The notes: generated by a model not told the origin, from the letters alone. DNA of 64,000 nucleotides from Arcobacteraceae bacterium (GCA_963662945.1 OY759974.1:96001-160000); one strand, 5' to 3'. Positions 1-10,583 are shown, counted from the first letter of the stretch. Numbers and translations are program-made.

Positions 1-379
1 GTATTCCATCTTCTTTAAGAGCATTTGAAAGATGTGGGATAAGTTTTCTATCAAGAAAATTTGTCATCACTATCAAATGATAACTATTTTCTGTAGGAAT
101 ATAGTTATCAAGGTCTATAAGTTTTGTAGTTATATTTTCATAACCTTGATTCTTCAATGTCTCTAATGCAATTTGTGAGATATCTAAAGCTTCTACTTCA
201 AAGTTCTGTTCTGCAAGATAGATAGAGTTTCTTCCTGCACCACAAGCAATTTCTAAAGCTTTTCCTTTTTTTATTTGTTGGATATGTTGTACTAGTTTTT
301 TACTTGGTTCTCTTTGTTTTAACAAAGTAGGGGTATTTTGATATTTTTTATCCCATTTTATTTGATCTTCTAATGCCAT
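1..379 (-). CDS. Class I SAM-dependent methyltransferase (TehB-like), runs off the window start
   Basis: Manual translation from ATG at 379: MALEDQIKWDKKY...GKALEIACGAGRNSIYLAEQNFEVEALDIS...YDLIVMTNFLDR. Contains the SAM motif-I-like LEIACGAGRN. A TATAAT -10 box lies on the minus strand at about 409-414. Confidence 0.85.
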   Translation of the reverse strand, partial: MALEDQIKWDKKYQNTPTLLKQREPSKKLVQHIQQIKKGKALEIACGAGRNSIYLAEQNFEVEALDISQIALETLKNQGYENITTKLIDLDNYIPTENSYHLIVMTNFLDRKLIPHLSNALKEDGI

Positions 380-480
380 TTGTACTCTTTTTTAAATAAT
401 TTTACAAAATTATAGTCATTATTGAATAAAAATTAATTATTATGGCTATATATTAAGTTATATAACGATAAAATTCTAAA

Positions 481-610
481 GTAATATTTAAAAAGGTACT
501 TCACTAGTTTTAACATTCTCCGTATAAAACGCAACATCCCAATCAAGGTGAAGTGCCTCTCTAAATATTTATATAAGCTAAGAGACGCCATAACCTCTTA
601 GCTTATTGTA
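481..610 (+). ncRNA. Candidate stand-alone structured small RNA (about 130 nt); strand uncertain
   Basis: TAAAAT at 469-474, then a long stem (AATATTTA 483-490/562-569; AGGTACTTCAC 494-504/GTGAAGTGCCT 548-558), an inner GTTTTA/TAAAAC hairpin and a 12-bp hairpin at 573-606. Both flanking genes have their own -10 boxes. Confidence 0.5.
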
Positions 611-699
611 AAACACTTTCCTTTAAATATAATCAATCTTAAGTTTACTGTAGTAAAATTCATATAAATAGATAACTTATAAAAAAAGTGAGGTTCTGT

Positions 700-1539
700 A
701 TGAAAAAAGTGATTGATCAAAATAAACTTATATGGAAATCTGAATATAGTATAGGTAATTATAAAATTGATAATGAACATATCAAACTTTTTGAAATTGC
801 GAAAAAAGCCTTAAATGCGAAAAAAAATAATACAGAAGATGTTGAAAAATTAAAATCTATTATCCGTTCTCTCTACGAATATATTGGAACTCACTTTAAA
901 AATGAAGAGATATTTATGGCTGAAATTGAATATCCTGATTTACCAAGACATAAAATAATTCACAAAACACTTTTAGATAATTTACACCAGTTTATTCATA
1001 CCCTCAATGAACTTTCAATAGATGAAATAGAAAAACAACTTTATGACTTCATAGAAGATTATTTTATTCGGCATATTGTAAAAGAAGATAAACGCATTGA
1101 GATATGGAACCTTTCTCTTAAAAGACTTAGAAAATCTACTTTTTGGCTTAAAGCTTATGAAACAGGCAATAAACAGATTGATGATGAGCATAAAGAGATG
1201 TTTGAAATTCTCAATGATGCTTTTGAAGAGGTAGAAGAGGAAGAAAAAGAAAATAAAAATAAAAAAGTTCTAAAACGTCTTTATGATTTTATGAAAATAC
1301 ATTTTAAAGAAGAAGAAGCTTTTATGAGAAATATAGAATATCCAGAATATAAACATCATCTTAGTTTGCACAATGAAATCATCCAAGAATGTAACAATTT
1401 GTTAGAAAGAATCAATGAGATGAAAGATGCTCTTTTTGAAAGAGAATTAGCAAAAATTATTGATAGAGATATCATACAACATATTCTTCAAGAAGATAAA
1501 AAAATAGTTTTATGGGATAACCAAAACAATAAAATTTAA
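700..1539 (+). CDS. Bacteriohemerythrin with two tandem hemerythrin domains
   Basis: Two copies of the W..Y..G...ID.EH, HF..EE.FM..I.YP...H...H and HI..ED di-iron ligand pattern. ATG at 700 follows GAGGT and is preferred over GTG at 688. Confidence 0.9.
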   Translation: MKKVIDQNKLIWKSEYSIGNYKIDNEHIKLFEIAKKALNAKKNNTEDVEKLKSIIRSLYEYIGTHFKNEEIFMAEIEYPDLPRHKIIHKTLLDNLHQFIHTLNELSIDEIEKQLYDFIEDYFIRHIVKEDKRIEIWNLSLKRLRKSTFWLKAYETGNKQIDDEHKEMFEILNDAFEEVEEEEKENKNKKVLKRLYDFMKIHFKEEEAFMRNIEYPEYKHHLSLHNEIIQECNNLLERINEMKDALFERELAKIIDRDIIQHILQEDKKIVLWDNQNNKI

Positions 1540-1696
1540 GTAAAGTTTAATATTAATAACTATTTTTTCATCAAATATGATACAATAAGTTACATATTGG
1601 TACAAATATAAGAACTATCTAAAATTAAAATGGTATATTATTTAGATTTATAATATTTTCATATACAATAAAAATAACTAAAATTTAGGAGTTAGA

Positions 1697-2716
1697 ATGA
1701 CAAAAAAATTAGTAAAAATTTCTCTTGCAGCAATTACATTCTGTAGTGTGGTAGTAAATGCGGGAACACTTGAAAATGTTAAAAAAGCAGATGTTTTAAA
1801 ATGTGGTGTTAATACAGGTTTACCAGGTTTTTCAGAAGTTGGAAGTGATAATAAATGGCGAGGTCTCGATGTAGATGTTTGTCGTTCAGTTGCAGCGGCT
1901 GTTCTAGGGGATGCCTCAAAAGTAAAATTTGTCCCTTTAACTGCTAAAGAAAGATTTACAGCACTTCAAAGTGGTGAAATAGATATTTTATCTAGAAATA
2001 CAACATGGACTGCAACAAGAGATACTTCATTAGGTCTTAATTTTGCAGGAGTAACATATTATGATGGTCAAGGTTTTTTAGTAGCAAAAAAACTAGGTGT
2101 GAGAAGTGCAAAACAACTTGATGGGGCTTCTGTTTGTATCCAAGCTGGAACAACAACAGAACTGAATCTTGCAGATTATTTTAATACAAATGGTATGAAA
2201 TACAATCCAATTACATATGACACAACAGATCAAGTTTCAAAAGGTTTTGAATCTGGGCGTTGTGACCTTATCACTTCAGATGCTTCACAACTATATGCCT
2301 TAAGAACACAAATGAAAAATCCAGATGACTTTAAAGTATTACCACAAATAATTTCTAAAGAACCTTTAGGTCCACTTGTAAGACAAGGTGATGATGTATG
2401 GTTCAATATCGTAAAATGGTCATTAAATGCAATGAAAGCAGCAGAAGAGTTTGGTATAACCTCTGACAATGTTGATTCTATGATGAAAACCTCTAAAAAT
2501 CCAGAAGTTCTAAGAATACTTGGAGAATCAGGGAAAATAGGTGAAGATTTAAAAATAGATTCAAAATGGGCTTATAATATCATCAAACAAGTAGGAAATT
2601 ATGGTGAATCATTTGAACGAAATGTTGGTATGAAATCTCCATTAAAAATCACTAGAGGTCTAAATAATCTTTGGACAACAAAAGGTGGACTTCAATATTC
2701 ACCACCATTTCGATAA
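1697..2716 (+). CDS. aapJ: General L-amino acid ABC transporter substrate-binding protein
   Basis: Signal peptide plus AapJ/BztA signatures (LKCGVNTGLPGFS, RFTALQSGEIDILSRNTTWT, ISKEPLGP, GNYGESFERN, GGLQYSPPFR). Confidence 0.93.
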   Translation: MTKKLVKISLAAITFCSVVVNAGTLENVKKADVLKCGVNTGLPGFSEVGSDNKWRGLDVDVCRSVAAAVLGDASKVKFVPLTAKERFTALQSGEIDILSRNTTWTATRDTSLGLNFAGVTYYDGQGFLVAKKLGVRSAKQLDGASVCIQAGTTTELNLADYFNTNGMKYNPITYDTTDQVSKGFESGRCDLITSDASQLYALRTQMKNPDDFKVLPQIISKEPLGPLVRQGDDVWFNIVKWSLNAMKAAEEFGITSDNVDSMMKTSKNPEVLRILGESGKIGEDLKIDSKWAYNIIKQVGNYGESFERNVGMKSPLKITRGLNNLWTTKGGLQYSPPFR

Positions 2717-2724
2717 TAACTATG

Positions 2725-2753
2725 ATAGAAGCCTAAGTATTCTTAGCTTCTAT
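2725..2753 (+). other. Intercistronic stem-loop after the binding-protein gene
   Basis: ATAGAAGC(C)TAAG-TATT-CTTAGCTTCTAT with no U-tract. This is the usual position for an mRNA-stabilising hairpin in ABC operons. Confidence 0.65.
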
Positions 2754-2767
2754 GAAAAAGAGGTAAA

Positions 2768-3922
2768 GTGTCAATCTTAAATAATAAACTATTTAGAGAT
2801 ATTTTTTCACAATTTATTATTGTTTTATTATTAGTATTATTCTTGTGGTACATTATCACAAACTTACTCTACAATATTGATCAAAGAGGAATAACTACTG
2901 GATTTAATTTTTTCAACCATATTGCAGGTTTTGGAATTGCTGAATCCCCAATAGCTTACAGTGATAGAACATCAACCTATTTTGATGCATTTTTGGTAGG
3001 ACTTTTAAATACACTTATTGTATCAGGAGTAGGGATCTTTTTTGCCTCTGTTATTGGTCTTTTAGTTGGAGTTGCCAGATTATCAAAAAATTTTATTGTT
3101 TCAAAACTTGCTTTAGCATATATTGAATTTTTTAGAAATATTCCATTATTATTACAAATATTATTTTGGTATAACGTTGTTCTAGCAACCCTTCCAAGTC
3201 CACGACAAAGTCTTGTTCTTACAGCTACTACTTTTTTAAATAATCGTGGTCTTTATATTCCAAAACCTATACTGCAAGAGAGTTTTAGTATAGTTGCCAT
3301 AAGTATAATTATTGCTATAATTATGACAGTTGTCTTTGTCAAGTGGGCAAATAAAAGATTTGATGAAACGGGACAAGAGCTTCTTCAATGGCCTTGGATA
3401 GTTTTAATACTGGTTGGTTTACCTTTAATGGTTTTCAATATTGTTGATACTCCTATATTATTGGATAATCCCTCTTTAACTGGATTTAACTATACAGGAG
3501 GAATGCGTTTTAGTCCAGAATTTTTAGCGTTGGCTTTTGCTTTAAGTATTTATACTGCATCTTTGATAGCTGAAGCTGTAAGAAGTGGTATAGAAGCTGT
3601 TTCAAAAGGGCAGAAAGAAGCAGCTGCTTCTTTTGGACTTAATAGCTACCAAGCTTTAAAACTTGTAATACTTCCTCAAGCTATAAGAATATCAATTCCA
3701 CCAATTATAGTACAGTATTTAAATCTTATTAAAAATTCAAGTTTAGCAACAGCAATAGGATATCCAGAACTTGTCACTGTATTTAGTGGTACAGTTTTAA
3801 ATCAAACTGGACAAGCTATAGAGATAATAGCAGTTACAATGGCTGTATATCTGACAATCAGTTTATTTGTTTCTTTACTTTTAAATATTGTAAATAAAAA
3901 ACTAGAGATAAAAGAGAGATAG
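2768..3922 (+). CDS. aapQ: Amino acid ABC transporter permease
   Basis: Multiple TM segments, EAA loop (AEAVRSGIEAVSKGQKEAA), FRNIPLLLQ. Confidence 0.9.
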   Translation: MSILNNKLFRDIFSQFIIVLLLVLFLWYIITNLLYNIDQRGITTGFNFFNHIAGFGIAESPIAYSDRTSTYFDAFLVGLLNTLIVSGVGIFFASVIGLLVGVARLSKNFIVSKLALAYIEFFRNIPLLLQILFWYNVVLATLPSPRQSLVLTATTFLNNRGLYIPKPILQESFSIVAISIIIAIIMTVVFVKWANKRFDETGQELLQWPWIVLILVGLPLMVFNIVDTPILLDNPSLTGFNYTGGMRFSPEFLALAFALSIYTASLIAEAVRSGIEAVSKGQKEAAASFGLNSYQALKLVILPQAIRISIPPIIVQYLNLIKNSSLATAIGYPELVTVFSGTVLNQTGQAIEIIAVTMAVYLTISLFVSLLLNIVNKKLEIKER

Positions 3923-3923
3923 T

Positions 3924-5012
3924 ATGGCTGTATATGAAATAAAAGCATCCAGACCAGCACCTTCTAAGTTAAAAGGACCAGTTCTTTGGATAAAAGAAAA
4001 TCTTCTTGCTTCTCCTTTGGATGCGATACAAACTATTATTATCTTTTCATTTTTATTTTGGATAATTCCTCTTTTTTTAGATTGGGCAGTTTTTAATGCT
4101 TCTTTTTTAGGAACTACAAAATCAGATGCAACAGGAAGTGGTGCAAACTGGATATTCGTAAAAGAAAAACTTGATATGTTTATTTATGGATTTTATCCAG
4201 AAGAGGAAATATATAGAGTTAATATTGTTTTTGGATTGTTTTTTATTACGATAATTTTATTTAAATATATAGCAAAAACTTTTACACAAAAAGCTATTGT
4301 ATTTCTTCTTTATCCGATAATATCTTTTATACTTATCAAAGGTGGTTATTTTGGTTTAGTAGCTATTCCAACAGATAAATGGGGTGGACTTTTACTTACT
4401 TTAGTGATTGCTTCAATTGGTATCGTATTTTCTTTACCCTTAGGAACAATATTAGCTTTAGGAAGACAATCAGAATTACCTGTTATTAAAAATTTGAGTA
4501 TTATTTACATTGAGTTTATTAGAGGTGTTCCTATTATTACAATGCTTTTTATGGGTTCAGTTTTATTACCATTGTTTTTTCAAGAAGGTGTTGAAGTAGA
4601 CAAACTCTTAAGGGCTTTAATTGTGATTATTATGATAGAATCCGCTTTTGTAGCAGAAGCCGTAAGAGGAGGGCTTCAAGCAATACCAAAAGGGCAATAT
4701 GAAGCAGCTGATTCATTGGGACTAGGGTATTGGAAAAAAATGATTTTTATCATACTTCCTCAGGCATTAAAAGTTGCCCTGCCAAATTTAGTTGGTATCT
4801 CTATCGAATTATTTAAGGATACTTCACTTGTGATGATTATTGGATTATTTGATTTACTTTCTATGGTACATTTAACTTCTAATGACTCAAATTGGTTAGG
4901 TATGGAAACAGAAGGATATGTTTTTGTTACATTTGTATATTGGATATTTTGTTATGGAATGTCTAAATATAGTATGATTTTAGAAGATAGATTTAATACA
5001 AACAATAGATAA
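3924..5012 (+). CDS. aapM: Amino acid ABC transporter permease
   Basis: [39 protein letters not shown]. Confidence 0.9.
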   Translation: MAVYEIKASRPAPSKLKGPVLWIKENLLASPLDAIQTIIIFSFLFWIIPLFLDWAVFNASFLGTTKSDATGSGANWIFVKEKLDMFIYGFYPEEEIYRVNIVFGLFFITIILFKYIAKTFTQKAIVFLLYPIISFILIKGGYFGLVAIPTDKWGGLLLTLVIASIGIVFSLPLGTILALGRQSELPVIKNLSIIYIEFIRGVPIITMLFMGSVLLPLFFQEGVEVDKLLRALIVIIMIESAFVAEAVRGGLQAIPKGQYEAADSLGLGYWKKMIFIILPQALKVALPNLVGISIELFKDTSLVMIIGLFDLLSMVHLTSNDSNWLGMETEGYVFVTFVYWIFCYGMSKYSMILEDRFNTNNR

Positions 5013-5025
5013 ATATGAGGTAATT

Positions 5026-5763
5026 ATGAGTGATATTATAAAAATAAAAAATTTAAATAAATGGTATGGTGATTTTCATGTTTTAAAAGATATCAATCTC
5101 AATATTAAACAAGGAGAAATAGTAGTTGTTTGTGGTCCAAGTGGTAGTGGAAAATCAACTCTTATTCGATGTATTAATTATCTTGAACAATTTCAAGAGG
5201 GAGAATTGATAGTAAATGATACTCTACTTACAGATGATGTAAAAAAAATCAAACAAGTAAGAAGTGAAACAGCTATGGTATTCCAACATTTTGAACTTTT
5301 TCCACATTTAACTATTTTAGATAATCTTATTTTAGCACCAATGCATGTACATCATATACCTAAAAAAGAAGCCATCGCAACTGCTATGCAATACCTTGAA
5401 AGAGTAAATATAGCAGACCAAGCAGATAAATACCCAAATCAATTAAGCGGTGGTCAAAAACAACGTGTTGCTATTGCACGAGCCCTTTGTGCAAATCCCA
5501 AAATAATGCTTTTTGATGAACCAACAAGTGCCTTAGACCCAGAAATGATAAGTGAAGTACTTGATGTTATGATGGAACTTGCAAATGAAGATAAGACAAT
5601 GATCTGTGTTACTCATGAAATGGGTTTTGCTAAAAAAGTTGCCAATAGAGTTATCTTTATGGATAATGGACAAATAATTGAAGAAAATACTCCTGAAGAA
5701 TTTTTTAACAATCCACAAAGTGATAGATTGAAACTTTTCTTACAACAAATTCTTTCACATTAA
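5026..5763 (+). CDS. aapP: Amino acid ABC transporter ATP-binding protein
   Basis: Walker A GPSGSGKS, signature LSGGQKQR, Walker [14 protein letters not shown]. Confidence 0.93.
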   Translation: MSDIIKIKNLNKWYGDFHVLKDINLNIKQGEIVVVCGPSGSGKSTLIRCINYLEQFQEGELIVNDTLLTDDVKKIKQVRSETAMVFQHFELFPHLTILDNLILAPMHVHHIPKKEAIATAMQYLERVNIADQADKYPNQLSGGQKQRVAIARALCANPKIMLFDEPTSALDPEMISEVLDVMMELANEDKTMICVTHEMGFAKKVANRVIFMDNGQIIEENTPEEFFNNPQSDRLKLFLQQILSH

Positions 5764-5772
5764 GAGGTAGAG

Positions 5773-6390
5773 ATGATATTAGAATTTGCAGAATATATAG
5801 GAATTGCAGCTTTTGCTTTAAGTGGTTTTTATATTGCAGTGAGAAATAACTTAGATTTACTTGGTATCTTTATAGTTTCTTTTTTAACAGCTCTTGGTGG
5901 TGGAATTATAAGAGATACAATTGTAGGCATTGCTCCTATTTCTTTAAGTACTATTTATCCTATGTTACTTGTTTTTGTTATTGTAAATATACTTATATTG
6001 TTAAAATTTCACAAAAAACAAGAATACGATAGAAAACCAATTTTTGTATTTGCAGATAGTCTTGGTTTGAGTTCTTTTTCAATTTCTGGTGGACTTGTGG
6101 CTATCAATAGTGGTTATGAGATATCTGGAGTTATAATACTTGCATTTATAACTGCTGTTGGAGGTGGTATTTTAAGAGATATACTTATCAATGAAGTACC
6201 ATATATACTCAAAGGTGGCTTTTATGCTATGGTTTCTATTATAATTGGTATTATCATTTATATACTACATTTTTTTGATGCTTTAAGTTTTCTTTCTATC
6301 TCTATTGTATTTGCTTTTGGTGTTATTTTAAGACTTATTGCTTTTTATAGCAACTGGGAACTTCCTAATATTTATAATAAGAAACCATAA
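5773..6390 (+). CDS. UPF0126 / trimeric intracellular cation channel family membrane protein
   Basis: Two internal repeats with TALGGGIIRD and TAVGGGILRD. Confidence 0.9.
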   Translation: MILEFAEYIGIAAFALSGFYIAVRNNLDLLGIFIVSFLTALGGGIIRDTIVGIAPISLSTIYPMLLVFVIVNILILLKFHKKQEYDRKPIFVFADSLGLSSFSISGGLVAINSGYEISGVIILAFITAVGGGILRDILINEVPYILKGGFYAMVSIIIGIIIYILHFFDALSFLSISIVFAFGVILRLIAFYSNWELPNIYNKKP

Positions 6391-8300
6391 TGAATAATAA
6401 ATATAAAAAAATATATATCCTTACAAAAGAGATTGAAAATAAAACTTTAATAGACTTAAAACAATTTTTTATAGATAATTACAAAAAAGAGACAATACTA
6501 CTCTCTCCAAATGATGAAAATATAGAGTATAATGAACAAAATATCTATTTTTTATATCTTGATGATATATCAGTCAAACAATTTATCAAACTCAATATTG
6601 ATATGAATATTCATTTAAGTATTTTACCAAATAAAATGTGTCCGCAGTCCATATTAAGATATGGTATTTCAAGAGATATTTATGAAGCTATTGATGATAG
6701 TTTTAATAGTACATTACGTGTAGATGATCAACTTTTACTTTGCAATGGGGATTTAGTCTTTCAAAAAATATCTATAGGAAATGTTAATAACCTCAATAAG
6801 AATATTGAGGAAAATTCTATTTATGAAAATTTTAAAATATTTATAAAAAACTTATCAAATCTCAAATATCAAAACATCACTATGAAAACTTCCAAAGAGA
6901 ATATCATACAAACTGTTATAAGTGGTATATTGGTTTTAGAAGACTATACCATATTTAATAATCTTACTAAAAGTGGTAAAACATCTTTTCATGATGGAAA
7001 ACTCAATGCTTTCATTATTGCACCATATAGTTTGATATCCTATTTATATTATCTTATTAATATATTTTTATACCATAAATTCTCATTCGGAAGTCTTCCT
7101 AAAAATATTGGGTTTATAGCAACTTCTCAATTAATACTCTCTAGTGATACTTCATTTGACTTTACAATAGATGATATTTCGCTTAGTGCAAAAAATATAG
7201 AACTAAAAGTTTATCAAAGTAAACTCAATATTAGTTATGGTAAAAAATTTCAAGAAGCAATTGAGGAAAAAAATATTACAGATGATAAAGAAACTGTTAA
7301 TATCAAATATCTTCCAAAAGGTGAGATTAATGAACTTTTAATCAAAGGAAAAGTTCCTATATTCAAAAAAGCAAGTGATGAAGATATGAAAGAGACTTTA
7401 ACATCTATCAAAAGTAGTGCAAATGTAACATCTATCTTTATTACTTTAATGATACTCAGTACATTATTAGCAACTGTAGGTATTTTTCAAGACTCAACTC
7501 CCTCTGTAATTGGTGCTATGATTCTAGCACCACTGATGGCTCCTATTATATCTCTAGCTATGGGAGCTGCAAGAAGTGATAAATTAATTATTTCACGAAG
7601 TATTACAACTCTTTCTTTTGGAATTTTCAGTGCTTTATTATTCTCAGCACTCCTAACAATTATACTTCCATTAGAGATAGTAACATCACAAATTAATTCA
7701 AGAGTAAATCCAAATCTTTTGGATCTTTTTGTAGCTATTTTTTCTGGCATTGCAGGTGCATATGCTACTGCTAAAGAAGAGGTTGCCAAATCATTAGCTG
7801 GTGTTGCAATTGCTGTTGCTCTTGTGCCACCATTGGCAGTAACAGGAATTGGAATAGGGTGGGGAGATATTAATATTATTTATGGTTCCTTTTTACTTTT
7901 TTTAACAAACCTTTTTGGTGTAACTTTAGCAGCATCACTTACTTTTATTGTATTAGGTTTTGCTCCTATACACAGAGCAAAAAAAGGTCTTGCTTTTTCT
8001 AGTTTATTACTAAGTATTATCTCTATACCACTGATTATATCTTTCTATTCGCTCATTTTACAAAGTAATGATTATGCAAAATTCCATGGAATACAAACTA
8101 TTATGATAAATGATAAAAAAGTACAACTAAATATAACAAATATAAAATCATCAACAAAAGAATCAACAAATATTGAACTTGAAGTTATCTCAAATACAAG
8201 TTTATCAGACAGTGAGCTTAATCAACTGCAACAAATTGTAGAAACTAAAATAAATAAAAAAGTAGTTCTGGAGATAGTTACTAAAATTATAAAAGAATAA
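6390..8300 (+). CDS. DUF389 (TIGR00341-type) membrane protein with a long soluble N-terminal region
   Basis: C-terminal VIGAMILAPLMAPI, GVAIAVALVPPL and FLLFLTN motifs, preceded by about 330 soluble residues. Confidence 0.8.
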   Translation: MNNKYKKIYILTKEIENKTLIDLKQFFIDNYKKETILLSPNDENIEYNEQNIYFLYLDDISVKQFIKLNIDMNIHLSILPNKMCPQSILRYGISRDIYEAIDDSFNSTLRVDDQLLLCNGDLVFQKISIGNVNNLNKNIEENSIYENFKIFIKNLSNLKYQNITMKTSKENIIQTVISGILVLEDYTIFNNLTKSGKTSFHDGKLNAFIIAPYSLISYLYYLINIFLYHKFSFGSLPKNIGFIATSQLILSSDTSFDFTIDDISLSAKNIELKVYQSKLNISYGKKFQEAIEEKNITDDKETVNIKYLPKGEINELLIKGKVPIFKKASDEDMKETLTSIKSSANVTSIFITLMILSTLLATVGIFQDSTPSVIGAMILAPLMAPIISLAMGAARSDKLIISRSITTLSFGIFSALLFSALLTIILPLEIVTSQINSRVNPNLLDLFVAIFSGIAGAYATAKEEVAKSLAGVAIAVALVPPLAVTGIGIGWGDINIIYGSFLLFLTNLFGVTLAASLTFIVLGFAPIHRAKKGLAFSSLLLSIISIPLIISFYSLILQSNDYAKFHGIQTIMINDKKVQLNITNIKSSTKESTNIELEVISNTSLSDSELNQLQQIVETKINKKVVLEIVTKIIKE

Positions 8301-8394
8301 TTATGAATCAAAAAACCTTTAAAAATAAACTATTTATCAGAATAAGTTTTTGTAAACCTATAGTATAATTCTAAAAAATACAAAAGGATTTAAA

Positions 8395-8745
8395 ATGTAT
8401 TGTAAAAATAGTAATGAATATATAAAAAACGATATTCCTAAAACACAAAAAGCACAAATTGCTGTATTATCTCCAAGTGAAGAAAAAGATTTTTTAGTAA
8501 GAAAAATTAAAATAGAGCAGGGTGGAAGTATGCCAAATCATACCAACCTTATCCAACATCAACAATATGTTTTAAATGGTGAAGCACAAGTTGTAGTAGG
8601 AGATAAAACATTTCATGCAAAAGCAGGGGATTTTATATATATTCCTGCAGGTGTTACACATTATTATGAAGCATGTTATGGAAAAGATTATGAATTTTTA
8701 TGTATGATAACAACAGCACCCGATACAATTACTATGGTTGATTAG
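8395..8745 (+). CDS. Cupin domain protein
   Basis: PNHTN..QHQQYVLNG and GDFIYIPAGVTHYY cupin motifs; AAGGA RBS. Confidence 0.88.
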   Translation: MYCKNSNEYIKNDIPKTQKAQIAVLSPSEEKDFLVRKIKIEQGGSMPNHTNLIQHQQYVLNGEAQVVVGDKTFHAKAGDFIYIPAGVTHYYEACYGKDYEFLCMITTAPDTITMVD

Positions 8746-8767
8746 TATCAAATTGAAAAGGAACACA

Positions 8768-9397
8768 ATGAAAACTAAATTTATGGAAGCTATGAATTTC
8801 AGACATGCCTGTAAAGCATTTGATGAAACAAAAAAGATATCTGATGAAGATATCAACTTTATTATGGAGGTTGCTAGAAAATCACCTTCATCATTTGGTA
8901 TGGAGGGTTGGAAGTTCTTAGTTGTTACAAATGATGAACTTAAAAAGAAACTTCGTCCATATTGTTGGGATCAAGTACAAATAACATCTTGTTCACATCT
9001 TATTGTCGTGTTAAGTGCTATAGAATCTGTAAAAGTAGAATCTGGAATTCCTAGAAAAAGATTTGAAAGACGAGAATTAGGAAAAGAAAAAACAGACTTC
9101 TATATGGGTCTTTACGCAAATCACCTCAAAGATGTACTTCCTAGTGATGATAATATCTATTCTTGGACTACAAGACAAACATATATTGCTGTTGGAAATA
9201 TGATGACTGCTGCAGCTTGTATAGGGATTGATTCTTGTCCAATTGAAGGATTAGAGAAAGAAAATGTAGAAAAAGTATTAGGACTAGATACTACAAAATA
9301 CCAACTTTCTATGCTTTTACCACTAGGATATAGAATAAATCCACAATCAACACAACAAAGAGAGCCTTTTGAGGATATAGTAGAGTTTATCAAATAG
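8768..9397 (+). CDS. NAD(P)H-dependent nitroreductase family protein
   Basis: FRHACKAFD, SPSSFGMEGW and GIDSCPIEG. ATG at 8768 follows AAGGAA; the ORF-track start at 8738 is probably too long. Confidence 0.9.
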   Translation: MKTKFMEAMNFRHACKAFDETKKISDEDINFIMEVARKSPSSFGMEGWKFLVVTNDELKKKLRPYCWDQVQITSCSHLIVVLSAIESVKVESGIPRKRFERRELGKEKTDFYMGLYANHLKDVLPSDDNIYSWTTRQTYIAVGNMMTAAACIGIDSCPIEGLEKENVEKVLGLDTTKYQLSMLLPLGYRINPQSTQQREPFEDIVEFIK

Positions 9398-9398
9398 A

Positions 9399-10577
9399 AT
9401 GTTCCAAAACATTTTTAAATCAAAAGTAGCTTTACTTTACCTGTTATCAATATCGATGATATTCTCATTTTCTGCGTGGATGAGTTTATTGAATAACTTT
9501 GTTATAGAGGTAGCTTCTTTTAATGGTAATCAAATAGGAATTTTACAAAGTTTACGAGAAATACCAGGATTTTTAGCTTTTACTGTAGTTTTAGTTATAG
9601 CTATTATTGCACAACAAAGACTAGCATATATTTCTATGATATTATTGGGAGTAGGGACTGCATTAACAGGACTCTTTCCTAATGCTTTGGGACTTTATAT
9701 CACAACTGTGATTATGTCCATAGGATTTCACTATCTCGAAACTTTAAATCAATCCCTATCTCTACAATGGCTTACAAAGGCACAAGCTCCAATTATACTG
9801 GGAAAAATAACAGCAGCTAAGTCTGTCACTGCATTAATTGTATTTGCACTTATTTATATTATGATGAAATTTTATAGTATAGAGTACAAATGGGTTTATA
9901 TCTTCTTTGGTGGGATAAGCACAATTATAGCAATCATTGCTTGGATAGGTTTTGAACACTTTAAAGATGATGTGGTTCAGGAAAAGAAAATACAACTAAA
10001 AAAAGAGTATTGGTTATATTATACGCTTACATTTTTAGCGGGTGCTAGAAGACAAATATTTGTTGTGTTTGCTGGATTTTTACTTGTAGAAAAATTTGGT
10101 GTTGATATACACAATATGATGTTACTACTGATTATAAACTCTGTTTTAAATATCTATTTTGCACCAAAAATAGGGCGATTCATAGCACATTTTGGGGAAA
10201 GATTTACTTTAAGATTTGAATATATAGGATTGTTTTTAGTGTTTACTTCCTATGCTTTTGTAGAAAACCTCTATATCGCTTATTTTTTATATGTGATTGA
10301 TCATATTTTATTTTCATTTGCAATTGCTTTAAAAACATATTTTCAAAAAATAGCAGACCCAAAAGATATTGCAAGTGCGAGTGCTGTTAGTTTTACTATT
10401 AATCATATAGCTGCTGTTATACTACCTGTACTTTTAGGACTATTATGGTTGTATTCTCATACTTTAGTATTTTTAATTGGTTCCTTAATAGCTTTAAGTT
10501 CATTTAGTTTATCACTTTTAATTCCTAGAAAACCAGAAAGAGGATTTGAAACAACTCTTACAATAGGAAAACATTAA
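9399..10577 (+). CDS. MFS transporter
   Basis: About 12 hydrophobic segments in 392 aa; LQSLREIPGFLAF. Confidence 0.85.
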   Translation: MFQNIFKSKVALLYLLSISMIFSFSAWMSLLNNFVIEVASFNGNQIGILQSLREIPGFLAFTVVLVIAIIAQQRLAYISMILLGVGTALTGLFPNALGLYITTVIMSIGFHYLETLNQSLSLQWLTKAQAPIILGKITAAKSVTALIVFALIYIMMKFYSIEYKWVYIFFGGISTIIAIIAWIGFEHFKDDVVQEKKIQLKKEYWLYYTLTFLAGARRQIFVVFAGFLLVEKFGVDIHNMMLLLIINSVLNIYFAPKIGRFIAHFGERFTLRFEYIGLFLVFTSYAFVENLYIAYFLYVIDHILFSFAIALKTYFQKIADPKDIASASAVSFTINHIAAVILPVLLGLLWLYSHTLVFLIGSLIALSSFSLSLLIPRKPERGFETTLTIGKH

Positions 10578-10583
10578 CTATAT

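Noticed and set aside
433-591. 52-codon minus-strand ORF (MASLSLYKYLERHFTLIGMLRFIRR...) across the sRNA candidate, suggesting a type I toxin
   Set aside because: The GAGG is only 2 nt from the ATG and buried in a hairpin, and there is no clean TM helix. RNA structure explains the region better. Not fully excluded.
598-780. 60-aa minus-strand ORF from the track
   Set aside because: Antisense to the hemerythrin start and promoter, with low-complexity F/I-rich composition.
1573-1585. Exact 13-mer AAATATGATACAA shared with 23474-23486, with a similar copy near 18381-18391 on the minus strand
   Set aside because: Explained as an extended -10 promoter element (TGnTACAAT) rather than a specific operator.
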